In this document: positions 1 through 12,150 of the stretch, piece by piece | Layout: the number at the start of each line of letters is the position of its first letter | Position numbering within the stretch: position 1 is the stretch's first letter | Source: Amoebophrya sp. A120 | Taxonomy: Eukaryota > Protista > Dinoflagellata | DNA: 64,000 nt | Direction of reading: 5' to 3' | NCBI GenBank assembly: GCA_905178155.1 | Contig: CAJINV010000005.1 | Span: 4,713,394-4,777,393, forward strand | Notes under the pieces: generated by a model | The model's input: the letters and a program-made list of their open reading frames with translations, nothing else | The model's database searches: none | What the model was told of the DNA's origin: nothing | Program-made: the position numbers and the translations under genes

Positions 1-435
1 AAAAGGGTCCGGCAATTTCTCGCCGCGAGTTTTTGCGACCAACCGCGAGGCGAAAAACCGCAGCCCCGGAAGGGGCACAACCCCCAGAATCCGCCCGGGG
101 AGAAGTATTGCCGACAGAAAAATCTGCATTGCGGACTCGACCTCGCACCAGAGGAGAAAAAGAGGCCAAAAAGGGTCCGGCAATTTCTCGCCGCGAGTTT
201 TTGCGACCCACCGCGAGGCGAAAAACCACAACCCCGGAAGGGGCACAACCCCCAGAATCCGCCCGGGGAGAAGTATTGCCGACAGAAAAATCGGCATTGC
301 GGACCCGACCTCGCACCAGAGGAAAAAAAGAGGCCAAAAAGGGTCCGGCAATTTCTCGCCGCGAGTTTTTGCGGCCCGCCGCGAGGAGAAAAAACCAGCC
401 GAAAAAGTGGCCACATCCCCAGAGTCCGCCTCGGG
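1..435. repeat. Tandem repeat, 168-bp unit (about 2.5 copies visible, runs off the left edge)
   Basis: GGGTCCGGCAATTTCTCGCCGCGAGTTTTTGCG recurs at 5, 173 and 341; last copy degenerates. Confidence 0.9.
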
Positions 436-1303
436 GAACGGGAAGGGAAGTCCTACGAGTACGACTGACTCTTGCAATACATGTATGTTGACATCATAAA
501 AACAGACAACGCCAGCACTCAACAAAGCGCGATGGTGATGGTTCCAAAACAATAGAAAAAGAAAATGATCAACCACGGAACCATTGACGAAAAAGCATGT
601 AAAAACGCTGAAGGAAAAGCACGAACGAAGAAACAATCATCGAAACGCGAAGCGGAACTGGATGGATCCTCATTTTCGACATACCTATAACCTTCTGTGA
701 CAAAAGTATAGTGATTGAGCGCCTCCTTCTGAGAAGGGAGATGATCCAGAAATGATTGTCCATATCGCGGCCGATCATGTGTAGTTCTAGTTCTAGACCA
801 GCTGTGCGACTGATGGTGTTTGCATAGCAGGAACTAATATGGCACCGATCCTCCGTACGAGAGGCGTTCAATCCTATCTTCTGGCTTGTACAGTCCAAGG
901 TGCACGATCACCGTGATGGAAGAACACCTTCTAAGGAAGTGGGTTGTTCTTCTAGCGTTTTCTGTTTTATACGCCATAATTTCACCCGGAGTCTCATATT
1001 TATTGTTCTGTCGTGAAATAATTCATCAAGCAAAAGCGCAAACAAAAGGTCTACTTCGCGAGAAGTGTCGTAGTTGGCAGCTCATGTTGTTCGTCGTAGA
1101 AAGTTCGTTCTTGTTTTGCATTGAATTATGCTGGTAGTCACGACCTGCGAGTACATTCCTGCTTGTTGTCGTGTGGTAGTCAAAGTCATTTTGGTCTACT
1201 TAAATGTCCTCTTCCCTACTGGGTCTCGTGTAACCCAACTTCGCAGGAGTTCATGTGCAGGATGAACGCAGTCCGACGACAATGCTGTCGCAAATAAACA
1301 CGT

Positions 1304-2114
1304 TTAATCGCAAACCTCGGCCTCGCAGCACCCGGCATCGCAGGACTTTTCACTTGGCATGTTCCCCGTGAAGGCCTGCATGAGAAATCCGACTTTGTGT
1401 TGCATATCCGGGTCTTTGGCAGCGTGCATCTGAATCTGGAAGACACCTGATTTTGCATTGAAAAATCTGGGTTTCGTTTTTATTTTGCATAGCAAGCATC
1501 ACAAACACAATTCCACGTACTGCATATGCATGAGAAAGCCATAAAAGATCGTCTATAATACCCATCATCAGTTCCGTTTCCTGAAATCCCAAAGCCGCCA
1601 TCAAATCCCCTACGATCTCCGTGACCGCTGCTGGAAACTTCTGCATTTTTGCCATCATGGGGTTCTCCGCGTTGTTACATTCGTCGACCAAATCCGTTAA
1701 CTTCTTCTTGTTTCCTGTATTGTGAAGAAAAATTCCCCTCCCCCATACCAAAACTGCTTTCTTCTGAAAATTTGTGATGCTGATTTGAGACCACAGATCG
1801 TCTCTGTATTGCAAGAAGGCAAATCCAAAAACCTCGCCGCGTCCTGCTGGCAATTTGTAATGCTGTATGGCCTACGGATGATATGCCTGCCTTGCTAGGC
1901 GCCTACACCAGAACGCTCCTCCTCCAGCATTGTATCTGCCTGCAGTCCTCTACTACAAGACAAAGCCGATTTGTGTACACAAGTCCCGCATCACAGATTT
2001 CCATTTCGATATGGGGCGGGGGGATTTTTCCTTTTGATATCCTGGCTGCTGAAACCGGTTCCAGATTTCGTCCAGGGCGGTTTTCGCCTGCTCGGGAGTG
2101 AGTTGTGGCGGCAT
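1304..2114 (-). CDS. Small protein resembling the C10 / C12orf57 family; 3 exons (about 2114-2040, 1712-1562, 1446-1304)
   Basis: Spliced product MPPQLTPEQAKTALDEIWNRFQQPG|NKKKLTDLVDECNNAENPMMAKMQKFPAAVTEIVGDLMAALGFQETELMM|GVFQIQMHAAKDPDMQHKVGFLMQAFTG... Resemblance by eye to C10 (LSAEQAK..L.E....F..P.N, GF, DP). Intron 1 is an introner; intron 2 is GT-AG 1561-1447. Confidence 0.65.
1718..2039. mobile_element. TIR introner, family B
   Basis: TATTGTGAAGAAAAATTCCCCTCCCCCATA ... TATGGGGCGGGGGGATTTTTCCTTTTGATA; direct repeat TCCTG at 1713-1717 and 2040-2044; removal gives QQPG-NKKK in frame. Confidence 0.85.
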
Positions 2115-2884
2115 CTTTTGGTAAAGGAAATGGTCGTGGTAGGTACGGGGAACAAGTAGGGGTTGTTCACCGTAAATTCCTAAATTTGAAGAAGCAGTAC
2201 TAGAGTCTTCGTTAGAAAAAAGTTGTCCGCTGGGACGGTGAAGATCTAACTAGGAACTTTCTTGCAACTCGCTTGACTTGTCCCGCCTGAACAGAAATAG
2301 ACGTAAAATCGGCCTTTCTTTTTTTGCTAGATTGCGCTAAGTATCTTCAACAGCCAGAAGTTTTGATCGTTTTTCCCACCGTGTGAGTTGTGTGGTAAGT
2401 AAAACTGTTTGGTTCGTTCGACCGTTTTAGATGGATCTCCTCGATAACTACAGATCGAAAAAGAAGTTGGATCAACTCTTGAATGAAAAGCAGGCTTCTA
2501 ATTTGATTGGAACAGCAGCCGGAGAAGAAGCGTAGAAAGCAGAGGACGGACGGAGCCCCGCGGCGACGCCACCTTTTCCTTAGTCAATGTCAATTCTGGA
2601 GCTGCTGGCAACTATCATACACTCGTCTCAGTTAGTTTTGCTTCTTCAGAAAAACTTACAAGCTAGTATTAAAGTTCAATTTTTCTTGTTGTTCTGAAGC
2701 TGGTACATTAACCTATTTTGTACAAGTTTCAGCTTCCGGATCGGGAGTTTTTTACAAGTGACACTTCATTCTTTGAATTTCCAACTCACTTGTCTAGTCG
2801 GCAGACGAAACATGCGACTCCAAAGCGAGCAGGGTTCGTTGTGCTGCCGAAATAAACTCGTTCATTCTGTCTGACAAAATGTCA

Positions 2885-5800
2885 CTACTGCTGAAGCCGC
2901 AAAACCTGACTGTTGCTCCGGCCTGCCGTTCCTGGCGTGCCACCGCGGGCATTGTTGCTGCTAGTGGTCGTTCCGGAGTGATTTGCGTTGCTGTTTATTC
3001 CACCCCCGCCCCCTGCTCTGGTACTGTTCTTGTTCACGACATTCGGACTGGTAGACAACGCGTGGAGCTTCAGCGCCGGGCTCGTTTTTATCGGAGATGA
3101 CTTCAAGTTAGCACTACCTGCGTCTTGCTTTTTCTCATTCACAGAAACCGAATTATCAGAAGAGGAGGATTCCGGCGTGTAGGGATTTATCGTCCCAGTC
3201 TTTACCGGAATCGGGGTACGGGCTGAGAAAACGCCTTTGCTTTTCCTCCCAGCACCCAACCTGCCGCTGTAGGATTGTTTCGCTAGCTTCTGCTCGGTTC
3301 CGGCGACAAAGGGGTCTTCGAGCGGAGGGGAGAGACTCGGTCGCTTCTTCTTGGCGAATGTGGTTATTTGGTTTGTTTCATTCGCCGACTCGTCCTGCTT
3401 CTCTTCACTACTCTGTGTGGGTCGCTGTGGTTGCGGAACTAGTGCTGCTGCGGAGGAGGCCGAGGCGGAAGAGGAAGATAAAACAGGAGACGTCGTGTTT
3501 TTCACTTCCTGCTGTTCTTGCGCATTATTGCCAATCACCGCAGAGGTTCTACCTGCAGCTCCAGTGCCAGTAGGTGGACCATCTTCAGTACGTTGTTGTC
3601 CTATTCGGCTCGCTGACCAGACTTCTGAATCTTGTGCTATCGTAGACTTCACTTCTGATTTTCTCCGTTGTTTGTTTTGAAGATACTTGATCACAATTTC
3701 TCCCTCGTCATTGTAAATATTATCCAAAGGTGGGTAGACAGAGGAATCCTGGGTGAACAAGTAGGGTTGAGGATCAGGTACACCTCGCGACGACGACGAA
3801 GAGGACGATGTCGACGGTACTTCTAACAGAGGTCCACCCTGTTGTAGAAACTCCACCCCTTGTCCTCCTTGACCTTGTGCAATGTCCCGTAGCAGCGCTT
3901 CGCTGGTCTTGCGAAATTCCGCGAGTTTGTCCTCCGGCAAAATTTCTAAATTCGCTAGTTCTTCTTGACTCAAATTCGGCACCCAATCCTCCGACTGACT
4001 GCAATCTTCGCTGTCCGAGTTGTTCGCGCGGCCGTTGGCGCGGCCCTGGAAGTGTGTCTTTTTTTTTCAAGATTTGAATTTGTACTTCATCCTACCATCC
4101 TGGTATCAGAAAGAGATACTGCAATGCGTTGACCCGTCTCTTCGAGATGAAGAGGAAAAATCTTGGACATTGGACATGTCATGCCCAAAAAATGTCCAAT
4201 CTTGGACATTGGACATTTTTGGACATGAGAAAAAATGTCCAATTTGGACATCCGAGTGTCCAACCAGATGTCAAAAAAAAACTAGCTAGAACTTGGACAA
4301 CGCAAGACAAATTCAATCGTCCTACCATCCTGGTATCAGAAAGAGATACTACTTTGCGTTGCCCCGTTTCTTCGAGATGAAGAGGAAAAATCTTGGACAT
4401 TGGACATGCCAAAAAAATGTCCAATCTTGGACATTGGACATTTTTGGACATGAGAAAAAATGTCCAATTTGGACATCCGCGTGCTCAACCAAATGTCCAA
4501 AAGAATCTAGCTAGAACTTGCACAACGCAAGACAAATTCAGTCATCATACCATCCTGGTACCAGAAAGAGATAGGACTATGAGTTGCCTTATCTCTTCAC
4601 AATGCGGAGGAAAAATCTTGGACATTGGACATGCCCAAAAAATGTCCAATCTTGGACATTGGACATTTTTGGGCATGAGAAAAAATGTCCAATTTGGGCA
4701 TCTGAGTGTCCAACCAGATGCCAAAAACAAACTAGGTAGAACTTGGACAACGCAAGACAAGTTCAATCATCCTACCATCCTGGTATCAGAAAGAGGCACT
4801 ACTTTGCGCTGCCCCGTTTCTTCGAGATGAAGAGGAAAAATCTTGGACATTGGACATGCCAAAAAAATGTCCAATCTTGGACATTGGACATTTTTGAACA
4901 TGAGAAAAAATGTCCAATTTGGAGATCCGCGTGTCCAACCAGATGTCAAAAAAAAACTAGCTAGAACTTGGACAACGCAAGACAAGTTCAGTCATCCCAC
5001 CATCCTGGTATCAGAAAGAGATACTACTTTGCGTTGCCCCGTTTCTTCGAGATGAAGAGGAAATATCTTGGACATTGGACATGCCAAAAAAATGTCCAAT
5101 CTTGGACATTGGACATTTTTGGACATGAGAAAAAATGTCCACTTTGGACATCCGCGTGCTCAACCAAATGCCCAAGAGAATCTAGCTAGAACTTGCACAA
5201 CGCAAGACAAATTCAGTCATCATACCAGCCTGGTACCAGAAAGAGATAGGACTATGAGTTGCCCTATCTCTTCACAATGCGGAGGAAAAATCTTGGACAT
5301 TGGACATGCCCAAAAAATGTCCAATCTTGGACATTGGACATTTTTGGGCATGAGAAAAAGTGTCCAGCTTGGGCATCCGAGTGTCCAACCAGATGCCAAA
5401 AACAAACTAGGTAGAACTTGGACAACGCAAGACAAGTTCAATCATCCTACCATCCTGGTATCAGAAAGAGGCACTACTTTGCGCTGCCCCGTTTCTTCGA
5501 GATGAAGAGGAAAAATCTTGGACATTGGACATGCCAAAAAAATGTCCTATTTGGAGATCCGCGGGTCCAACCAGATGTCAAAAAAAAACTAGCTAGAACT
5601 TGGACAACGCAAGACAAATTGAGTCATCCCACCATCCTGGTATCAGAAAGAGATACTACTTTGCGTTGCCCCGTTTCTTCGAGATGAAGAGGAAAAATCT
5701 TGGACATTGGACATGCCAAAAAAATGTCCAATCTTGGACATTGGACATTTTTGAGCATGAGAAAAAATGTCCAATTTGGACATCCGCGTGCCCAAACAGA

Positions 5801-7889
5801 TGTCCAACAAAATCTAGCTAGGATTTGGACAACGCAAGACAAATTCAGTCACCCTACCATCCTGGTATCAGAAAGAGATACTATTTTGCGTTACCCCGTC
5901 TCTTCGAGATGAAGAGGAAAAATCTTGGACATTGGACATGCAAAAAAAATGTGAATGTCCAATCTTGGACATTGGACATTTTTGGACATGAGAAAAAATG
6001 TCCAATTTGGACATCCGCGCGTCCAACCAGACGTCCAAAAAAATCTAGCTAGAACTTGGACAACACAAGACATATGCAGTCGTCCTGCCATCCTGTTCCT
6101 GGTATCAGAAAAAGATACTATTTTGCGTTGCCCCGTTTCTTCGAGATGAAGAGGAAAAGTCTTGGACATTGGACATCCCAAAAAAATGTCCAATCTTGGA
6201 CATTGGACATTTTTGGACATGAGAAAAAATGTCCAATTTGGACATCCGCGTGTCCAAGCTAGCAGATGCCCAAAAAAATCTAGCTAGAACTTGGACAACA
6301 CAAGACATATTCAGTCGCCCTCCCATCATGGTATCAGAAAAAGATACTATTTTGCGTTGCCCCGTTTCTTCGAGATGAAGAGGAAAAGTCTTGGACATTG
6401 GACGTGCCAAAAAAATGTCCAATCTTGGACATTGGACATTTTTGGACATGAGAAAAAATGTCCAATTTGGGCATCCGCGTGCTCCACCAAATGTCGATGT
6501 CCAAAAAAACTCTACTAGTCATATGTTCCGGAGAACCAAGATAGCAAAATCGGGAAAATTGGGAAAACGAAAAAAGAAATCACGCAAGCGTCCTGGTGTG
6601 GCTCTAGTCATTCTCGATCATCGGACTCCGTTGGGCATATGCTGCTCGTGCTCCACCCTGTGCAGCATCGTCTCGAACCGGACAGCCGCAACACTATCTC
6701 AATACTACTCCGGATTTTAGCGTAAAAAAGGGCTTTGGAAACGCAGCCGCGCTGAAAGAAATTTGCCGCAGAAGACTCACAGCAAAATTTTCATGAGAGT
6801 CCGCGAACAAATTTTGCTCATGGAAATCGGGACAAAAGAGTCCGCTTCAAAATTTCGAAACAAAATAAAAAACAAAACCCGAAACAAAATTTCGAAACAA
6901 AATTAGAAAACAAAATCGCGAAAAAAAAATCTAAACTAATGCAACAAAATCGCGAAAACCGGAAAATAGGTGGCGCGAGCGAAAACAAAATTGCTCCGCG
7001 CCGATTTTCATTGCGATTTCAATGGGTTTTCGTGGGTCCGGCGGTTTTCGCGATTTTGTTCACAAAACTGCATTTTGAATTTTCCGCAGCGGAACGGGGA
7101 CCTGAGGCTTGCTGCGGAAAAATTGGCGGCGCCCGGCGTCAAATTTTGCCCGGGGGGCGGGCAGCGTCAATTTCAGGCGGGCGCCGGGCAACGGAATTTT
7201 GGCGGGCGGCGTGCAGGAATTTGAGCGGCGGCCTGCGGCGCCGAGTTTTGTTCGCGCGACTGCCTCTGCGGTTTTGCTCGCTCTGTCACATCGATGGGCG
7301 TGCGAGTTTTGTTTCCGAAAGGACGAGCGAAACACGAGCGCAACCCGGAGCCCCACAAGGACAAGGCTTCGCATGCCGTGGGCACTTACCGCGCTCCTTC
7401 TTTTTTTCCTTCTCTCTCACAACCGTCAAAATTTAAATACCATATAATTTTTTTTCCAGATTTTGCAGATTTTGCCATCTTGGGTCTCGGAACATATGAT
7501 ACTAGAACTTGGACAACGCAAGAGAACTTCAATTTGTATATTCATATTGTAATTGTTTGTCATGCTCATGCAGGTTCACAATGAGCATTAACGTTCTTGC
7601 CAACATGTAGTCGGAATCAGCATTCGAGTTGGACTTCAATTTGGTCAACAAGCATAATCCGATCTTCAAAGACTTCAGCCTATATTACCTGTTGCCCCCC
7701 GCGTCCTCTGCCCGCGGGTCCGTTTCCGCCCGTGCTTCCATTTCCAGTCGCTGCAGCAGTATTGCGATTCCTATCGTGGTTTATCTCGGCGAAGGCTGCG
7801 AAGTCATCATGTCCGGATGGATACCGGTCGTAGGGATCCATCAGATCGTCCGTGGGATCGGCGTCCCACCACTGCCGCAGGGAGATCAT
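2885..7889 (-). CDS. Hypothetical low-complexity (S/T/G/Q-rich) protein; exons 7889-7689 and 4045-2885 separated by a 3.6-kb GT-AG intron
   Basis: ORF 7680-7889 ends CAG|GTAATA; acceptor TTCCAG|GGC at 4046 is in phase 0 with ORF 2885-3982; joined ...GRGGQQ-GRANGRANNSDSED... Confidence 0.6.
4087..6518. repeat. Intronic tandem array, about 225-bp unit (about 11 copies) built from TTGGACA/TGTCCAA words, with a 675-bp higher-order period
   Basis: AACTTG(G/C)ACAAC(G/A)CAAGAC at about 4290, 4515, 4740, 4965, 5190, 5415, 5597, 5822, 6053, 6288; unit resumes at 7506. Confidence 0.92.
6519..7499. mobile_element. Non-autonomous TIR element (MITE-like) inserted in the last unit of the 225-bp array
   Basis: About 45-bp imperfect TIR: TCATATGTTCCGGAGAACCAAGATAGCAAAATC vs GATTTTGCCATCTTGGGTCTCGGAACATATGA; 6-bp direct repeat TACTAG at 6513-6518 and 7500-7505; no transposase ORF. 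Confidence 0.85.
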
Positions 7890-10245
7890 CTTTGCTTACG
7901 AATGCTGGTGGGGTTGAGAGCGAATTGAGGTGGGTCGATTTCACCACATAGGAAATAGGATACTATCATACAAAAAACCGAAGATTGGATATCGAAATTC
8001 CTATTTCACAAAATTTAAATTATCATCAACACACTTCACTACAACCGCGGCTATTGAAGCTGATATTGCAAATTATGCGTGCTGAGATTTATTGTTCTGG
8101 TTCCCGCTTACTTTAATCCCCTCACAAGAACCCTTCGCGCGTCCAAAACGAAACCTAGGTAGCCTGCAGGAAATATTGCAGGCACTTACACTTATTCTCG
8201 GGAAGCGAGTCGAACGCGAGTACAATTTTCACGAACAGCCTAAACATATTTTAAATAAGTTTGTGTATTCACTCATTCTCTCACGATCCCACGATGAGTT
8301 TTTCAACGAACGACGACGCGAAGATATCGCTGCAATGCTGCCGATTTTTACCCTTTCGCATTCGTCAATCACCAACCTTGAGACTATGAGGCGACACGAA
8401 CTATGGAGCAGGGCCCATCGAATATCAGAACACATTATCAAACACACTCACCATTGCTAGCCTAGACAGAGCCAGAGGCAGACGCGTCGAATAAAAATGA
8501 AAGTAACGCACAAGACGGCCGCCACGCGCGACTGCGCAGGCACGCCACCTTTATGCACCCCGGCAAGAGGCCTGGCCGGTACAGCACGCAGGCGCCAGCC
8601 CCTTAGCTAGTAACGAACGAAGGGCCCCGAGGGCCTGCGCGCAACGCAAGTCAACGGGCCCGCGGGGCCACAGAAACAAAGCCGCCGCGGGGGGCGCTCG
8701 CGGGCGCGCGGCGCTCTGCGCGGGGGCGGACAGCAAGCAACGCGCGGCGCGTCGGTCGCCCGCGGACGGCGCGGTAGGCGCCCCCAAAGCCGGCCCGGCG
8801 GGGCCAGCAACAACATCGCCAGGGCCCCGGGCCACCGGGGCGGGGGGGGCGAGGCGAATCACGAAACACGGCCCCCAGGCAGCGCCGCGCGCCCGCGGCT
8901 CCTCGTAATGGGCCGGCGCCGGCCCGCCCGGTGTGTCCGTATGCTGGTCGGAATACGCGCCCGGCGAGTTTTGCCCGTTCTTCTCCAGTCTTTTCTTGGA
9001 CAGCTTCACGCGCGGCATGGTCGCTGCCTGTTAATTTCGACAGCTTTTGGCAGCGGGCTGGGGCGGAAATATCGCCACAAAATCGCAAAGCTTGCCGGCT
9101 GATGCGGTTGCCTGGGGGCTTTCGCTTCCGCACCACAACGCGCGCGCTCCTTTTGCAAGCACCGCGCGAACCATAGGGGCCAAAGGCGTCCGCCTCGTTC
9201 AAGTCGCACACCATAGCGACAAAGCCGCGGGGGATGCCCCGGGGGGGGCTTGCAAAGAGTCAAGGGCCCGCGGCCCGGCTCCTGCCGCGCCTCTGTTCTT
9301 CATCAATCTCGCCGGGGCCTGCAAACAACAAGCAGACGCGTGGCACCGAAGTGGTGCAGGTGAATAGCTGGCCAAACTATCGCACGCGGCCCGGCCTCGG
9401 CTACTTTTGCCCCAAACCACGCGCGTCAGATGGTTGCGGATATCAATCTTCAGGCAACAGAACCACGCGGCGACACCGGGCCGCCCCTGCGCTAGCTTTC
9501 GCACCCTCCAAACCCCCCGGGCCACCTCGCGGCGCTCATGCTCGCGGCGCCCCTGCAGCTCGGGCGCGGCTTTTTTTTTTTAAAGCCCGGGCCCGCGCCC
9601 ACCGGCCGAAGATACTTACTGACCCGGGGGGGGCCCACTGCCCACGGGGGCGCAACTGCCTCGCTTCGGGCGCGCATTTCTCGCGCGCCGCCACTACATT
9701 CGGAGGGCGCGCGTCGCTGCGCGCCAGGCACGTCGACGGCATTGCGCGGGGCGGCGAAATGTGCGCCAGTGGCTCAGCCAGGCCGCGCGGGAACAAAATG
9801 CAGCCGCGCCCGACCAAAGTCGGGGCCCATGCGCCCTATCTCCCTTGCCGATATATTTCAGAAACAGAGGGGGCGCCCAACCATACGACCGCGTTTTCAG
9901 TACCCGTTGGAACACAGACTCGCAACAACTACAGGCCCCACTCTAGTGCGCGGAGGGGTGTGACTCTCAGAAGCCCAACTCTGTTGCCAAAGTGATTGCC
10001 TCCTCGGCTTGTTGTAAAAGTCAAGAAGCCTCCGGTTATCTGGGACCGTTCCCGCTTATGTAGTTCATCGAGGCTCTCGAACAGGAAAAATATAGCAGAC
10101 TTGTACACAACACTAGTACAGCAGAGAGTGGGAAACTCATCAAGCACGAGCACCAAGCGATGCGCATTGTCAATTGATCATCGCCGATAGAAAAAAAACT
10201 GCGTCATCTTCCTCTTTGCTTCTTTTCTTCTATTTTGTTCTTCAC

Positions 10246-12150
10246 CTACTTCTTCGCGTCCGCGAACAGTACGCCTCCCTGCACGACGCACAAGCTGCAC
10301 ACCGCCGCGGTCAGCGAAAATTCCGCACCTTCGATGAACAACAGCTCCAAAAAGTACGTCAACACGATCGCGATGGCGTACACGACGTATTTCGTCGTCG
10401 CCGACAGCTTTTTCACGACAACCGTGCTCACCCAGTTTTTCTGCAGCAGGTAGAAGACCAGGAAGAGTGTGACGAGCGACCAATTGGCGAACAGGCTGCT
10501 GAAGGAGGCGTTGTTAGAACCGGATGACTCGTCGTCTTTTTCATCATCCTTCGCAGAAGGTTTTGGGAACACCGCCTGTCCTATGGGAAACAACACCAGC
10601 GACGCGACTACCGTCCCACAGGAAATATTCGCTGCTTGTACGATGACCGACGTGTCTGCTCCTCGTTTCAGCGCCCGCTCCGCCCAAATGCTGGCTCCAA
10701 CCTTGCAGACGACCGCGACGGCGAGAATGAGCGTGCCGGTGAGGGAGTCGGATTTCGATTTACTTGATGATGAATCATCGTTGTCGCCCTGTTGGTCCAA
10801 CACCACGCTCTTGAACGCCAAAATGCCCGAGAGTGTGAAGAACAAAGCGTGCCACTGAACCCGCGTTGGCGCGGTGCACTCTGGGACTAAAAATTGCGCC
10901 GCCAAGCCGGTGAGCAGCAGTCGGGACTGCAGTAACACCATGTAAGTAGTCGGCGCGACGTACTGTAAGGCGTAAATACTCAAAGAATCCTCCACGGCCC
11001 GGAGCACACCGGTGGGGAGAAACTTCAAAACGTTGGAGGGAGAGATACAGGGGTAGACGGCAGCGGAGAGAATGTTACGACTTCCGGTCGTGATTGCTGT
11101 ACCTGATTCAGCTTGTAAAAACGAGCTCGTCCCGCTTGTACTACTGCTCCCCGTAGAAGTTGTAGTTCTGCTACTGCTCCCGACCACCATTGCACTGACA
11201 AGACACGCGAGTAAAACCGAGCAAACCGACTCGGCCAAAATCACGGAAACAGGGTTGTAGGGAACGTGATTTGTCCCTTCCTTGGACCATTCCACGACAA
11301 AGGGTTGAAAAGCAGCGAGGAGCAAGAGGAGGAGGGAGGAGAAGAGCGCGAGATTGATGTTTTTGTAGTGCAGAGAATTGTAGATGAGGGCTGCTGGACC
11401 AAAATAATTTTGACCAACAGTACCAGGAGTCCACGAGGATTTTATTGTTTTTCCTGTTGTTTTTCCAGCGGTCCTCTCGTTTGATGCGTGGTCATCTTCT
11501 TCTTCCTCGGATGTTGAGGACAGGGTCCTTCTCACACGCGGGACGACAACGCTCGGCTTCTGTGTGCTGACATGAAGATCACCATCCAATTTCGGATAAT
11601 TCACCTCCCGCAGGGCCTGCTCGATCGACAACACCTTCAACTGCTGACAAGATCTCCCCCTGTGCTTGTCAAATTTCTTCGCCGCCTTGCGCAACGCCTC
11701 GCAATTCGCATGGAGATAACGCTCCAGTTGGTGCTGCTGCTCTAGTTGGACTGTCGGGGGCAAGTCGCTGCATGATACGTGCTGAAGATCATCGTGCTCT
11801 GGTTTTTCTTTTCCATCTGGTGTCACGTGGCTTCGGTAAAGCTGCTGGTCGAGTAAATTCGAACCCTGTTCTTTGTTACTAGTAGTTCGACCTGCTTCTA
11901 GTTCCAGCTCCTTCTGTTTTTCGAACAGAAACTCCTTCGCGACCGCCACGAGCGCTGCTGACTTCGAAACCGCGTCTAGCAATGCGTGGAATTCCGCTTC
12001 CCATTTTTCAAAAAACTCGGCCTCGTTTTCGCCTTTGGAGAGCGATTTCTTTAGCTTCTTGTAGTCCACCCAGGAATTGGCTTCCAGTAACGGCTCCAAC
12101 TCCTGTTCTAGCTCCGCACGGAGAGCGGTCAGGCGCTTTTGGTATTTCAT
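10246..12150 (-). CDS. SPX domain fused to a nucleotide-sugar transporter (SLC35A-like / DMT superfamily), 634 aa, intronless
   Basis: SPX motifs MKY..RL, WVDYKKLKK, EFFEKWEAE and NCEALRKAAKKFDK; C-terminal half has about 9-10 hydrophobic segments with NST-like PTTYMVLLQSRLLLTGL, QWHAL, ASIWAERALK and VVKKLSATTK. Confidence 0.75.
   Translation of the reverse strand: MKYQKRLTALRAELEQELEPLLEANSWVDYKKLKKSLSKGENEAEFFEKWEAEFHALLDAVSKSAALVAVAKEFLFEKQKELELEAGRTTSNKEQGSNLLDQQLYRSHVTPDGKEKPEHDDLQHVSCSDLPPTVQLEQQHQLERYLHANCEALRKAAKKFDKHRGRSCQQLKVLSIEQALREVNYPKLDGDLHVSTQKPSVVVPRVRRTLSSTSEEEEDDHASNERTAGKTTGKTIKSSWTPGTVGQNYFGPAALIYNSLHYKNINLALFSSLLLLLLAAFQPFVVEWSKEGTNHVPYNPVSVILAESVCSVLLACLVSAMVVGSSSRTTTSTGSSSTSGTSSFLQAESGTAITTGSRNILSAAVYPCISPSNVLKFLPTGVLRAVEDSLSIYALQYVAPTTYMVLLQSRLLLTGLAAQFLVPECTAPTRVQWHALFFTLSGILAFKSVVLDQQGDNDDSSSSKSKSDSLTGTLILAVAVVCKVGASIWAERALKRGADTSVIVQAANISCGTVVASLVLFPIGQAVFPKPSAKDDEKDDESSGSNNASFSSLFANWSLVTLFLVFYLLQKNWVSTVVVKKLSATTKYVVYAIAIVLTYFLELLFIEGAEFSLTAAVCSLCVVQGGVLFADAKK

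Noticed and set aside
4020-6522. Many short ORFs in the 225-bp, 168-bp, 160-bp and 298-bp arrays
   Set aside because: By-products of tandem repetition, interrupted by stops or frameshifts, with no protein motif
4077-7538. AATTTGTA on both sides of the 225-bp array as a target-site duplication
   Set aside because: AT-rich 8-mer overlapping the unit end; could be chance
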